Shown here in pieces: positions 1 to 9,442 of a stretch of 64,000 nucleotides of DNA (within the stretch, counting starts at the first letter, position 1; every line of letters starts with the position of its first letter). Where the stretch lies: IMG/VR virus record IMGVR_UViG_3300027896_000002, positions 1-64,000 of that record; one strand, written 5' to 3'. The notes beneath the pieces were generated by a model, which saw nothing but the letters and a program-made list of their open reading frames with translations, was not told the DNA's origin and searched no databases. Both the position numbers and the translations under genes were made by a program. Source of the stretch: a virus.

Positions 1-441
1 AATGGGCTTCATCCAATGAACCTCAAAGTCCATGGGATGTTCAATGGGCTTCATCCAATGAACCTCAAAGTCCATGGGATGTTTAATGGGCTTCATCAGA
101 TGAACCTCAAAGTCCATGGGATGTTTAATGGGCTTCATCCAATGAACCTCAAAGTCCATGGGATGTTTAATGGGCTTCATCCAATGAACCTCAAAGTCCA
201 TGGGATGTTTAATGGGCTTCATCAGATGAACCTCAAAGTCCATGGGATGTTTAATGGGCTTCATCAGATGAACCTCAAAGTCCATGGGATGTTTAATGGG
301 CTTCATCAGATGAACCTCAAAGTCCATGGGATGTTCAATGGGCTTCATCAGATGAACCTCAAAGTCCATGGGATGTTCAATGGGCTTCATCAGATGAACC
401 TCAAAGTCCATGGGATGTTCAATGGGCTTCATCCAATGAAC
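1..441. repeat. 42-bp tandem repeat, ~10.5 copies (truncated at window start)
   Basis: Unit AATGGGCTTCAT(CCA/CAG)ATGAACCTCAAAGTCCATGGGATGTT(C/T) starts at 1, 43, 85 ... 421. It is open in + frame 1 (NGLH[P/Q]MNLKVHGMF; ORF 16..453), but coding status is uncertain. Confidence 0.95.
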
Positions 442-472
442 TGTTTAAATTAAAAATAATGAAGGAGGGTTC

Positions 473-2008
473 TTGAAGGCAAAAGCTAAACGCCTTACTC
501 ATTTCACCTTAGCACCTTCACCAATCAATCGCCTATATACCCCTGTCAATGCATCTTTGTCTTCAAGTAATGATAACTCACCAATGATTCAAATGCCAGA
601 AGTCATGGAATTTTTGTTTGAGCCAGCTCGATACAAAGTGGCTTATGGAGGACGAGGAGGCGTAAAGTCTTGGAGCTTTGCTAGGGCGTTGTTGCTGCTT
701 GGCGCCCAGAACAAGTTGAGGATACTATGTGCTCGTGAGTTTCAAAACTCTATCAAGGATTCAGTTCATCAGTTGCTTCAAGACCAGATCACCTTGATGA
801 GGCTCCATGATTATTATCAGGTGCTTCAGACAGAGATTAGAGGCATTACGGGCACAGAGATGATTTTCATGGGCCTTAAGAATAATGTCAATAAGGTAAA
901 GTCGACAGAAGGGATCGATATTTGTTGGGTTGAGGAGGCCGAGAAGATCAGTGAGAACTCTTGGCAGGTTTTAATTCCAACGATTCGTAAAGAAGGAAGC
1001 GAGATCTGGATAAGTTTCAACCCAATCAACGAGACCGATCCTACTTATAAGCGTTTTAAGACTAACCACCCTTCTGAGTTCACACCCAGTGGAAAAAGAT
1101 ATTGTTTTTTAATTGAAACGGGTTGGAAGGATAATCCGTGGCTGCCTGAAGAGTTGCAGATGGAAAAGGATTATTTGGCCAGGGTTGATAAGGACGCCTA
1201 TGACCACGTGTGGGGCGGGCAGGTTCAACGGAAGTCTAACTCTCAGGTGATGCATGATAAGTGTATCCTTGACGCATTCGTCCCAGACTTGACGCTGTGC
1301 GAGTGTGGCCACCGGGTTGATAAGCACAACCTACCATCTGGGCAAGAGATTCCTTGCCAGGTATGCGGGTGTAAAGAGTTTAAGGAAGTTTGGAATGGTC
1401 CTTACTATGGGGCAGATTGGGGCTTTTCATCTGACCCGGTTGTTTTAATTAAGGATTGGATTTGTGGGAGAAAGCTTTATGTTGAAGAAGAGTTTTGGAA
1501 GGTGGGAGTGGAGCTTGATCAATTGCCTACGGCCTTTGACACCATCTCAGGAGCCAAAGAGCATACTATTCGCGGAGATAGCTCTAGGCCAGAAACGATT
1601 TCCTACCTCAAGAACCATAAGGAAAACCCTTACCCGAAAATCATCGCGGCAGAAAGTTGGCCGGGTAGCGTAGAGGACGGGATCTCCTATCTTCGCTCCT
1701 TTGAGCAGATCGTCATTCACCCTAGATGTGTTCATACGGACGAGGAGTCACGCACCTATAAGCATAAGATTGATCAATTAACTGGGGACGTGCTGCCAGA
1801 CATCATCGACAAGAACAATCACTGTTGGGATTCAATCAGGTATTCAGTGCAGCCTCTGATTAGGCGGCGACAGATGCCAGGGTTGTTCTTCGTGAGCCGG
1901 GATGATAAGGGAAAAGTAAAGCATCCAGACGATCAGCATCAAGTCGTGCCTAAGAATATTGGCGGGTTGGTAGATGCCAGGGCAGAGGCGTGGTACAGGG
2001 GAGATTGA
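473..2008 (+). CDS. terL: Terminase large subunit (PBSX-like)
   Basis: Walker A-like YGGRGGVKS, ILCAREFQNSIKDSV, Walker B WVEEAE, nuclease GADWGF and NHCWDSIRY; SD GGAGGG before TTG. Confidence 0.95.
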   Translation: MKAKAKRLTHFTLAPSPINRLYTPVNASLSSSNDNSPMIQMPEVMEFLFEPARYKVAYGGRGGVKSWSFARALLLLGAQNKLRILCAREFQNSIKDSVHQLLQDQITLMRLHDYYQVLQTEIRGITGTEMIFMGLKNNVNKVKSTEGIDICWVEEAEKISENSWQVLIPTIRKEGSEIWISFNPINETDPTYKRFKTNHPSEFTPSGKRYCFLIETGWKDNPWLPEELQMEKDYLARVDKDAYDHVWGGQVQRKSNSQVMHDKCILDAFVPDLTLCECGHRVDKHNLPSGQEIPCQVCGCKEFKEVWNGPYYGADWGFSSDPVVLIKDWICGRKLYVEEEFWKVGVELDQLPTAFDTISGAKEHTIRGDSSRPETISYLKNHKENPYPKIIAAESWPGSVEDGISYLRSFEQIVIHPRCVHTDEESRTYKHKIDQLTGDVLPDIIDKNNHCWDSIRYSVQPLIRRRQMPGLFFVSRDDKGKVKHPDDQHQVVPKNIGGLVDARAEAWYRGD

Positions 2009-2013
2009 GGTAT

Positions 2014-2193
2014 ATGGAAGACCAAGCAATGATACTAACGACGCACAAAGTTCTCTCTGATAAGGTTGTTGGTGAGATGAAGAAAAGGCTGGAGGCAATG
2101 GCAAGGGTCGGGATCTCGTTGAGAGTTGCCTTTAGGCAGATAGCCAAAGAATTTGGGTTAGAGATAAAATGGACAAAAACAATAAGCGAGTAA
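2014..2193 (+). CDS. hypothetical protein
   Basis: ORF with SD (GAGG) in operon context. Confidence 0.55.
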   Translation: MEDQAMILTTHKVLSDKVVGEMKKRLEAMARVGISLRVAFRQIAKEFGLEIKWTKTISE

Positions 2194-2206
2194 GGAGGAT
2201 GATCTT

Positions 2207-2446
2207 ATGACACAGTTAAATAAAGATGGGTTGAAGGTCAAGTTTGCGAAAGATTTGATTGAGGATATTGTTCTTATGGACTCTCAAGTTAAGGCATTCT
2301 CTGATGAGCTGAAGCTTGAAAAGGGCTACAGAGCAGATTTAATCTTTGTGACGAACTATGAAAATGCCCTGGGAGCTGTCGCCACGATATTGGGAAATGA
2401 AAAGTCAAGGCTTGAAGCCATAGCCGTGGTACTGCACACCAAGTAA
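2207..2446 (+). CDS. hypothetical protein
   Basis: ORF with strong SD AAGGAGG. Confidence 0.7.
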   Translation: MTQLNKDGLKVKFAKDLIEDIVLMDSQVKAFSDELKLEKGYRADLIFVTNYENALGAVATILGNEKSRLEAIAVVLHTK

Positions 2447-2472
2447 TTGCATCGATTGAGTGAGGTTAAAAA

Positions 2473-2703
2473 ATGGGCAAAGACAGCAGACGGATGAGGA
2501 AGGAGCTTAGACGATTTACCAAGGACAAGGTGGATGACCTGAATCCTAGGGACGTTGTCCTGGCCTTCATCGATGAGGCCATGCAGCGACCCTTGCTGCA
2601 AAGGGTTAAGCTGGGGTTTGGATTGATCACGAGGTGGCAGAAGCTTCTGCCGGTTCAATTGAGAGAGGACAAGCGAAGCAATGAAGAGAGAACACTTCAA
2701 TAG
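2473..2703 (+). CDS. hypothetical protein
   Basis: ORF with SD GAGG, overlaps the next gene. Confidence 0.6.
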   Translation: MGKDSRRMRKELRRFTKDKVDDLNPRDVVLAFIDEAMQRPLLQRVKLGFGLITRWQKLLPVQLREDKRSNEERTLQ

Positions 2704-4147
2704 GCTTATTAATCTTTCTAGAGATGCTTGGCTCGTTCAACAGTCGACCAAGCAAGATCTCACTGGCAAGAGCATTGGCTTCGTTGATACTAACCTGGGT
2801 CTTGACCACGCGTTAGCTTGCGTTGGGTCTGGGTTTAAGGTTATTTATTATATAGCCAGTGGCGGAGCATATCCCTACCTGAAAGACGAGAGGTCCGGGG
2901 ATGGATTTCCGGGGATCAATAAGGTGGAGTGTCTGACGGACGCTGTGGCTTGCGACGTCGTGGCCTTTATGGATTGCTACTTTGGTCGGGACGCTGATGA
3001 CTTGCGAAAGGCTGGCAGAGATGTCTATGGGCCGTCTCAATGGTGGACTGAAGTTGAGAATGATAGGCGTAAGGGATGGCTCCGGCTTGAGGAGATGGGT
3101 GTCGGCGTGCCGGACGGGGTGATCGTCAAGGGGTTAAAAGAGCTTTTGAGGTATATTAGAGATAATCAGGGAGAAGGCAGAAAGGATATTTATTTTACTG
3201 AAACAAAGTCGGGGACATTGATTGCGGTAGCAGTTCCCAAGTATATTTATCCACCAGCACCTTACTATGTTCCTAAGTCCTATCAAGATTTAATCCAATT
3301 GACTGAAGTGAAAGACAACCCCTCGGTAAAGGTCTTCTATATCAAGACGTCTAAGTATCGTGGCTCTAAGGAAACTGGCGGTAGCGTGTTGAATTGGGTT
3401 GAGGCTTTAGTATCTGTTACTCAGGGGATGTTTGGCCCTTACCTGACTGATATGGAATTTTTAGTACAGAGCCAGTGTCCTGGAAAAGAGTTTGGGGTAG
3501 ATGCCTATGTTAATGGCAAAATGATTCTACGCCCTTACCTTTTTACGACTGAAGAGAAAGGCTCGGGCACCGTGGGCAAGTGGGTAGAGTCCGGGCCGTT
3601 GGATGATTTGCTCTTTAAGAAGGTCTTGCCGTCGTTGATAAAGACAGACTATCGGGGGATGATTTGCTTTGAATTTTTCATCGACGATAAAGGTCGGCTC
3701 AGGGTGCATGACCCTTGCACTAGAAATAGTTATCCTTGTTCGGCTATCCAAGCTCATAGGATTAAGAATTATCCGGAGGTCATTTGTGCCGTGGCCGCTG
3801 GAAAGAATATTCAAATTGAGGTTGATGAAGGTTATGAAGCACAGGTTGGCCTTTATACCGATGAGAAGGACACGTGGCGGCCTATCAGGTTTCCTGAAGA
3901 GATCAGAGAGAGCGTAGGGTTCAGGAGGGTCGTGATCCGAGATAAGGAATACTACTACTGCCCTGGGGATTTTGTCGTGGCCACGGCCATGGGTTCAGGC
4001 CCGACGGCGGAGACGGCAATCGATAAGGCCAACGAGGTCGTAAAGCAGATCGAGTGCTCCAACAGCGCATATCCGGGAGGGTTCAAAGAAGACGTGCTCA
4101 AGAAGATTGAGACGTTGAACTCCTGGCCAACGGACCTAAAGTTTTGA
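2681..4147 (+). CDS. ATP-grasp amide ligase, phosphoribosylamine-glycine ligase (PurD)-like
   Basis: VYGPS..W.EVENDR..G...LEEMGVGVP, GKEFGVDAYVNG, YRGMICFEF, C-terminal VVATAMGSG.T.E.A resemble the PurD/ATP-grasp architecture. Confidence 0.65.
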   Translation: MKREHFNRLINLSRDAWLVQQSTKQDLTGKSIGFVDTNLGLDHALACVGSGFKVIYYIASGGAYPYLKDERSGDGFPGINKVECLTDAVACDVVAFMDCYFGRDADDLRKAGRDVYGPSQWWTEVENDRRKGWLRLEEMGVGVPDGVIVKGLKELLRYIRDNQGEGRKDIYFTETKSGTLIAVAVPKYIYPPAPYYVPKSYQDLIQLTEVKDNPSVKVFYIKTSKYRGSKETGGSVLNWVEALVSVTQGMFGPYLTDMEFLVQSQCPGKEFGVDAYVNGKMILRPYLFTTEEKGSGTVGKWVESGPLDDLLFKKVLPSLIKTDYRGMICFEFFIDDKGRLRVHDPCTRNSYPCSAIQAHRIKNYPEVICAVAAGKNIQIEVDEGYEAQVGLYTDEKDTWRPIRFPEEIRESVGFRRVVIRDKEYYYCPGDFVVATAMGSGPTAETAIDKANEVVKQIECSNSAYPGGFKEDVLKKIETLNSWPTDLKF

Positions 4148-4161
4148 TGAGGAGAAAATAA

Positions 4162-4368
4162 ATGGGAGTCGTTGTTAATATGCCTCTTGAGGAGATGCCG
4201 AAGGGAAACATGATACTTGACAAGCTCACGAAAGATGCTTTGGAGAAGATGAAGTTTTGGATGAGGATAGAGGAGTTTGACAAAAGGCTTGCAGCAGCTC
4301 AAGTGCAGAAGTTTGTTGATGAGTTTAACCAGGAGATGTGTAAGGTCGTTCGTCGGAGGATGAGATGA
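4162..4368 (+). CDS. hypothetical protein
   Basis: ORF with SD GAGGAG. Confidence 0.6.
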   Translation: MGVVVNMPLEEMPKGNMILDKLTKDALEKMKFWMRIEEFDKRLAAAQVQKFVDEFNQEMCKVVRRRMR

Positions 4369-4706
4369 GAGACAAGCTTAGTGTCATTTGGACGTTGATT
4401 GGAATTGTGGTGATTGTAGGTGGATTTTTTGCTTATCTTGAAACCCATTACGCTCACGCCTCCAGCATTGCCGCACAGTTTGAGGCGCTTCAAAAACAGA
4501 CCGATAAGATCAATGACAAGGTTGATTTGGGCGTCTCTATCCAAGAGCGAGACTACTTGCAGAGACAGATTGACGACTTAAAGAAGAAGTGGGAGAACAA
4601 GAAGATGACCGATGAGGCCAAAGAGTTGCTCAAGGGTTATGAGGAAAGACTGAAGCAGAAGCAAGAAGAGATCGGTGACTTGAAAGCGAAGATGAAGCAG
4701 AAGTAA
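4365..4706 (+). CDS. membrane-anchored coiled-coil protein
   Basis: N-terminal TM helix (VIWTLIGIVVIVGGFFAYL) followed by a charged heptad-rich region. Confidence 0.7.
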   Translation: MRDKLSVIWTLIGIVVIVGGFFAYLETHYAHASSIAAQFEALQKQTDKINDKVDLGVSIQERDYLQRQIDDLKKKWENKKMTDEAKELLKGYEERLKQKQEEIGDLKAKMKQK

Positions 4707-4726
4707 AAATAGGAGTGTGACTTTAG

Positions 4727-5086
4727 ATGAGATTCATCTTTACTGATAAAGACCAATATTTCAAAGATGAGTACCAAGAAGCTTGGCTATCTGAAGAGAC
4801 AGGTTGGTGGACCCTGGCGGGTGAGATCTATGTCTGGACTCCAGGTCAAGAGCGATTGAAACAAATTGGGGTGGCGGTGCATGAGGCTTTTGAGTGGTTC
4901 ATCATGGTTCGGGTTCTTAAGGGCTTAAGGAAGAGGCATCGCGTCCTTTTTAAATTTTTTTCAGACGCCAGTCACAACATCGCTAATGTTCTGGAGTTCG
5001 TGGTGAGCTCAGGCAGGGCAGATCAGTACTGGGGAAAGCAGGATTGGTATGGTGGAAAAGATCAAGGCATGGCTCAAAGAAAATAA
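4727..5086 (+). CDS. hypothetical protein with HExxE...H metal-binding-like motif
   Basis: VHEAFEWFIM...SHNIANVLE; a similar motif occurs inside the prohead protease. Confidence 0.65.
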   Translation: MRFIFTDKDQYFKDEYQEAWLSEETGWWTLAGEIYVWTPGQERLKQIGVAVHEAFEWFIMVRVLKGLRKRHRVLFKFFSDASHNIANVLEFVVSSGRADQYWGKQDWYGGKDQGMAQRK

Positions 5087-5228
5087 TCTGGATGAGAGAG
5101 ATGTTGTCATTGGCATAGGGTTGCTGATGATTGGCATAGGGTGTGGATTAATATATCTTCCAGTGGCCTTTATCGTGGTGGGGGTTGGGTTGTTTGGGCT
5201 AGGCACTGGGATGATAAAGATAAAGTGA
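5049..5228 (+). CDS. small membrane protein upstream of portal
   Basis: Read by hand: MVEKIKAWLKENNLDERDVVIGIGLLMIGIGCGLIYLPVAFIVVGVGLFGLGTGMIKIK (59 aa, 2 TM); typical position in HK97-like head modules. Confidence 0.7.
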   Translation: MVEKIKAWLKENNLDERDVVIGIGLLMIGIGCGLIYLPVAFIVVGVGLFGLGTGMIKIK

Positions 5229-5238
5229 GGAGAGAATT

Positions 5239-7392
5239 ATGGGATTCTTCGAGTCACTCCAGCAGAACAAGCAGCAGAAGCCAGAGGGGCCACGGACACC
5301 AATCGTTAGCTCCTTTTACACTGCCCCGCAAGCTATCGCGGCTGAGAAGCCCTACTACGCCTTAGTTCAGGCTTATAAGTCCTGGGTTTATACCTGTATT
5401 GACAAGATAGCTAAGGCGGTAGCCATGATCCCGCTGAACCTTTATATCTATCGAAAGGTAAAGTCTGGAACAAAGGTGGTGGACCTTCAGTGGCGAAGTG
5501 AGTACAAATCTATAAAGACTAAAGGGAGGAAGGAGTATTTTCTCAAGCAGATTGGGGTGAAGAAAGAGCAAGTGCTTGACCATCCCTTTCTTTCCCTGAT
5601 TAGCCGTCCCAATCCCTTGATGACTAGATTCATGCTCTGGTATGAGACGATGGTCAGGCTTGAGTTAGGAGGGATGTGTGGATGGCTCCAGATCAAGAAT
5701 GTTTTAAACACCCCCTCAGAGATTTGGCCACTGCCCTTGACTCAATTTGCTAACCTGAGGCCAAAGGTCAGCCCATCGCTTCGGCTTGAGTATTGGGATT
5801 ATCAAGACGGTGACGTGAGGCAGAGGTTTAGGCCAGATGAAATCCTCTTATACAAATACCCACACCCGGCTTCACCTTTCCAAGCCATGTCGCCGTTGAT
5901 GGCACAGACCTACCCCTATGACATTGACCTTTTTCTGATGCAGCAGCAGCGGGCCTTGTTTAAGAACATGGGGATCCCAGGCATTACCCTTGAGACGGAT
6001 GCCGAACTTAGTCCTGATCAAGTTAAAGAGATCAGGGAGCAGTTGTTGTTTGAGTTTGGCAACGCTATGGCTGCAGGCCTCCCGATGATTTTGCATTCGG
6101 GCCTTAAGCAGGGGCAGAAGGCCATGATGAGCAGTAGCCGTGAGGCCATGCTCAACGAGGTGCAGCAGTTCGTCCGAGAAAAATTGATCACGGCCTTTGA
6201 CCTTTCGCCCTCAAAGATTGGGCTTCATGAAAAAGACAATCGGGCAACGGCCGAGGTGGCGGACTGGACGTTTATCAAGGAGTGCTTAAACCCAAAGTGC
6301 ATGCTGATGGAAGAGGTGATCGAGACGTTTGCCCTCCCCCAGTATGACGATGGCCTCACATGCGATTTTGACCTTCCTGATTATCCTGATAATGAATTCA
6401 ATCTCAAGGAGAGGGAGGTAAATCTCAAGACGGGTTATCATTCAATCAACCAGGAGCTTGAGAAAGAAGGTGAGCCACCTGTTCCATGGGGCGAGAAGCC
6501 GTGGATGCCATTTAATTATGTACAATTAGGAGGGACCGTTGTGCCTCCAACTCTAGCAGATGGGGGAACAGACGAGGGCAAGGGAATCAAGTCTCTCAAG
6601 CTGATGAACCGAGCTTTTTGGACCGAGGAAAGGAAAGAACTCTACTGGAAACTTTTTGTCAGGACGGCAGATAACTATCAGCCCCTGATTGAGGGGCCGA
6701 TGAAGAAATATTTTAGCAGCCTTAAGGAAGAAGTTATCAACCGGCTCCACAAGGAAGGAAACAAGGCCCTGAATATTCAAGGCATAAACATTAATAAAAA
6801 GACCGAGGCCAAGAAGCTTGTCAAAAGAACCGAGCCAGCGGTCAGGCAGATAGTGGAAGACGCCGGTCAGCATCGCATGAAGGACCTGCTTGAGACCGTA
6901 AAGCTTCAGACGCAGTTTGAGTGGAATGCCAGGGTGACGGGATGGCTTGGCGATCGCCTGAAACAGTTTTCAGAGCAGGTGTCAGGGACTACCTTTGATG
7001 CGATTGAGAAGATATTAAAAGAAGGGTTTGCGGCGGAGGCCACCATCACCGAGATGGCGGAGACGTTGAGGCAGACGTTTGATTCTTGGGAAGAGTACAG
7101 GGCGGCCAACATCGCTCGCACCGAAACGATTTCTGCCATGAACGCTGGTGACATTGAGGGCGTCCGACAGTCAGGGCTTGAGGATGCTTTGCTTAAGTGC
7201 TGGCTGTCTTCACGGGACGCTGCCGTTCGGCCAACCCATCAGCAGGCAGATGAGGAATACGCTGACGGGATTCCGATGGATGAAGATTTTATCGTTGGCG
7301 CTGATTCGATGGATGCCCCTGGGGAAGGGACAGACCCAGCAGAGGTCTGTAACTGTAGGTGCACGCTCTATTATATAGAGGCAGGCGAGTAA
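5239..7392 (+). CDS. Portal protein (HK97 family) fused to SPP1 gp7/Mu gpF-like head morphogenesis domain
   Basis: WVYTCIDKIA, HPFLSLISRPNPLMT, portal core; C-terminal RAANIARTET, WLSSRD..VRPTH, NCRC. Confidence 0.92.
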   Translation: MGFFESLQQNKQQKPEGPRTPIVSSFYTAPQAIAAEKPYYALVQAYKSWVYTCIDKIAKAVAMIPLNLYIYRKVKSGTKVVDLQWRSEYKSIKTKGRKEYFLKQIGVKKEQVLDHPFLSLISRPNPLMTRFMLWYETMVRLELGGMCGWLQIKNVLNTPSEIWPLPLTQFANLRPKVSPSLRLEYWDYQDGDVRQRFRPDEILLYKYPHPASPFQAMSPLMAQTYPYDIDLFLMQQQRALFKNMGIPGITLETDAELSPDQVKEIREQLLFEFGNAMAAGLPMILHSGLKQGQKAMMSSSREAMLNEVQQFVREKLITAFDLSPSKIGLHEKDNRATAEVADWTFIKECLNPKCMLMEEVIETFALPQYDDGLTCDFDLPDYPDNEFNLKEREVNLKTGYHSINQELEKEGEPPVPWGEKPWMPFNYVQLGGTVVPPTLADGGTDEGKGIKSLKLMNRAFWTEERKELYWKLFVRTADNYQPLIEGPMKKYFSSLKEEVINRLHKEGNKALNIQGININKKTEAKKLVKRTEPAVRQIVEDAGQHRMKDLLETVKLQTQFEWNARVTGWLGDRLKQFSEQVSGTTFDAIEKILKEGFAAEATITEMAETLRQTFDSWEEYRAANIARTETISAMNAGDIEGVRQSGLEDALLKCWLSSRDAAVRPTHQQADEEYADGIPMDEDFIVGADSMDAPGEGTDPAEVCNCRCTLYYIEAGE

Positions 7393-7402
7393 GAGGTAAA
7401 CT

Positions 7403-9403
7403 ATGGCCTTAACATTTAACAGAATTTTTGGCACTTCGGGATCCAGCAACGGACAGTTTAGCAATCCAAGCAAGCTAAAGGTCTATGGGGATAAGATCTA
7501 TATCCTTGATGTCAATAACATAAGAATTGAGGTCGTAGACCTTCAGGGAAATTATGTAACTCAATGGGCAGAGGCGGCACAGGGTGCGGACCTTGATGTT
7601 GCTGATGGTTATGTTTATGTCGCTTACCCAAGCTCAGGGTATGTTTATAGATATGACCTAATTGGAAATGGGGCAGGAAGCTTTCATCCAGTGTTTGATG
7701 AGACGTATTATATTTGTGCGGCGACAAATTATCTCTTGTGTGCCAGGGTCTCGGACTTGATCGCTGTTTATGACCCTGGCTTTAATCTTTTAGGGCAATA
7801 CTCTACCAGTCCAATTGTTAACGTAAAGGGACTGGCATTTTACAACGGTGAGATCTATATTCTTGGTCAGAATAGTGGCTCCTATCCGGAAGTTGTCGTA
7901 ATGAACCCTTTGAACGGTAGCATAAACCGTAGTTTTTTAATCCCTCAGGTTGTGTATAGCCCGTATGGCATTGACGTTGACAGCACAGGGGTCTATATCG
8001 CGGGCTTTGGAAACAACAAAGTTTATCGGTATGACATTAATGGAACTTATCTGGATTATGCCCAGTACGGGGACGGGGCAGCCTTCTATCCTTCGGACGT
8101 CTCTCTTTACAAGGGAGAAATCTTTGTCGCTAATGCCCCACTTGATAATATCTTGGTTTATGAGGAGCCAGCCCCACCATCAATCACCGCATTTACCATC
8201 CCTCAATCGTATGGTTCGAGGACCGTTCCTATTACTGCATTTACGGCTTCAAATTCTCCGACGGGCTATTTGGTGAATCAGGCGTCAAGCCCTCCGGCAC
8301 CCAATGATCTTGGGTGGACGGCTAACCCTCCGACCAATTATGTCTTTGGCACCGTTGGCTTGAAATGGCTTTATCCCTGGGCCAAGAATGGGGTCGGGGT
8401 GTCGACAGATGGAGACAATAATAGAAAGAGCGTGTTCGTCTACGACCAGGTACCTCCGACGGTCTCGGAGTTTGAGATTCCACCGACGTCGGATTCTCTG
8501 ACCGTGCCGATTACCACGTTCGTTTTGACAGGGGTCTACATCACAGGTTATATCGTTACTGAATCAAGTAATGCTCCTGATCCGAATGGCCAAGGATGGA
8601 CCCCTTGGCCTACTTTGAATTATACGTTTGGATCGGCTGGCGCTAAGACGCTTTACGCATGGGGAAAAAATGTCTATGGGGTATCAAGCTCGTTGAGTGC
8701 CCAGGTGGTTGTAACCCTGACGCCTCCGACCCCATTTCCGTCACCTCCTTCTGGATTTAAGTTAGAAATTTATTTGGAGTTTGATGAGAAGATCGGTGCC
8801 ACAGGAATTTATCTCGCCGACGGAACGCCATGGGGTTATGCTGAATTTGAAAATAACACCACGAGAATTTATCTGGCCGATGGGACGCCGTGGGGTTATC
8901 TGGAATATGATGAGAAGACCGATTCTACAAGGATTTATCTTGAAGATGGAACGCTTCGTGGCTACTGGGTGTTCGATGCAAAAGCTGATACCGTAGAGAT
9001 CTATCTCGCTGACGGGACGCCGTGGGGAAGAGCAGCTTACGATGAGAAGACGAACCAGACTCTGGTATATAAGAGAAAAGACATCATTGGGATAAACGAT
9101 ACGGTCGTTGGCAGGTTGACGGCAGCAAGCCCTCCAGATCCTTACTACCTTCCAGATATTTATTATTCAGAGGATTGGAACTTGGTGGAGGTTGTTGTCG
9201 GGCAGGCGATAACCGTCGTTGAAACAAGTCCTGATTTTAAGATTTGGATAGATATTCTCGACGCCACAGATTTGGTAAATCCCATTTTTGAAGGGGGAGG
9301 GCCGATAACGTTTACGCCGCAAGCTGGGATAAATTACGTGATCAGAGCAAGCACCTATGCTGAATATCAGGTGGGTGCTTATACGTTGGCGACGGTGTCG
9401 TAA
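7403..9403 (+). CDS. NHL/beta-propeller + Ig-like repeat protein, putative head-associated/surface protein
   Basis: FGTSGSSNGQFSNP NHL start; two P.ITAFTIP...LY.W.KN modules; four IYLADGTPWG repeats. Confidence 0.7.
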   Translation: MALTFNRIFGTSGSSNGQFSNPSKLKVYGDKIYILDVNNIRIEVVDLQGNYVTQWAEAAQGADLDVADGYVYVAYPSSGYVYRYDLIGNGAGSFHPVFDETYYICAATNYLLCARVSDLIAVYDPGFNLLGQYSTSPIVNVKGLAFYNGEIYILGQNSGSYPEVVVMNPLNGSINRSFLIPQVVYSPYGIDVDSTGVYIAGFGNNKVYRYDINGTYLDYAQYGDGAAFYPSDVSLYKGEIFVANAPLDNILVYEEPAPPSITAFTIPQSYGSRTVPITAFTASNSPTGYLVNQASSPPAPNDLGWTANPPTNYVFGTVGLKWLYPWAKNGVGVSTDGDNNRKSVFVYDQVPPTVSEFEIPPTSDSLTVPITTFVLTGVYITGYIVTESSNAPDPNGQGWTPWPTLNYTFGSAGAKTLYAWGKNVYGVSSSLSAQVVVTLTPPTPFPSPPSGFKLEIYLEFDEKIGATGIYLADGTPWGYAEFENNTTRIYLADGTPWGYLEYDEKTDSTRIYLEDGTLRGYWVFDAKADTVEIYLADGTPWGRAAYDEKTNQTLVYKRKDIIGINDTVVGRLTAASPPDPYYLPDIYYSEDWNLVEVVVGQAITVVETSPDFKIWIDILDATDLVNPIFEGGGPITFTPQAGINYVIRASTYAEYQVGAYTLATVS

Positions 9404-9442
9404 GATGAAAGAATAAACAAGGAATTTTAAAAGGAGGGAACA

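Noticed and set aside
1-441. CRISPR array or hammerhead repeat
   Set aside because: There are no unique spacers between units. CTGATGA occurs on the minus strand in some units, but no GAAA or stem architecture follows.
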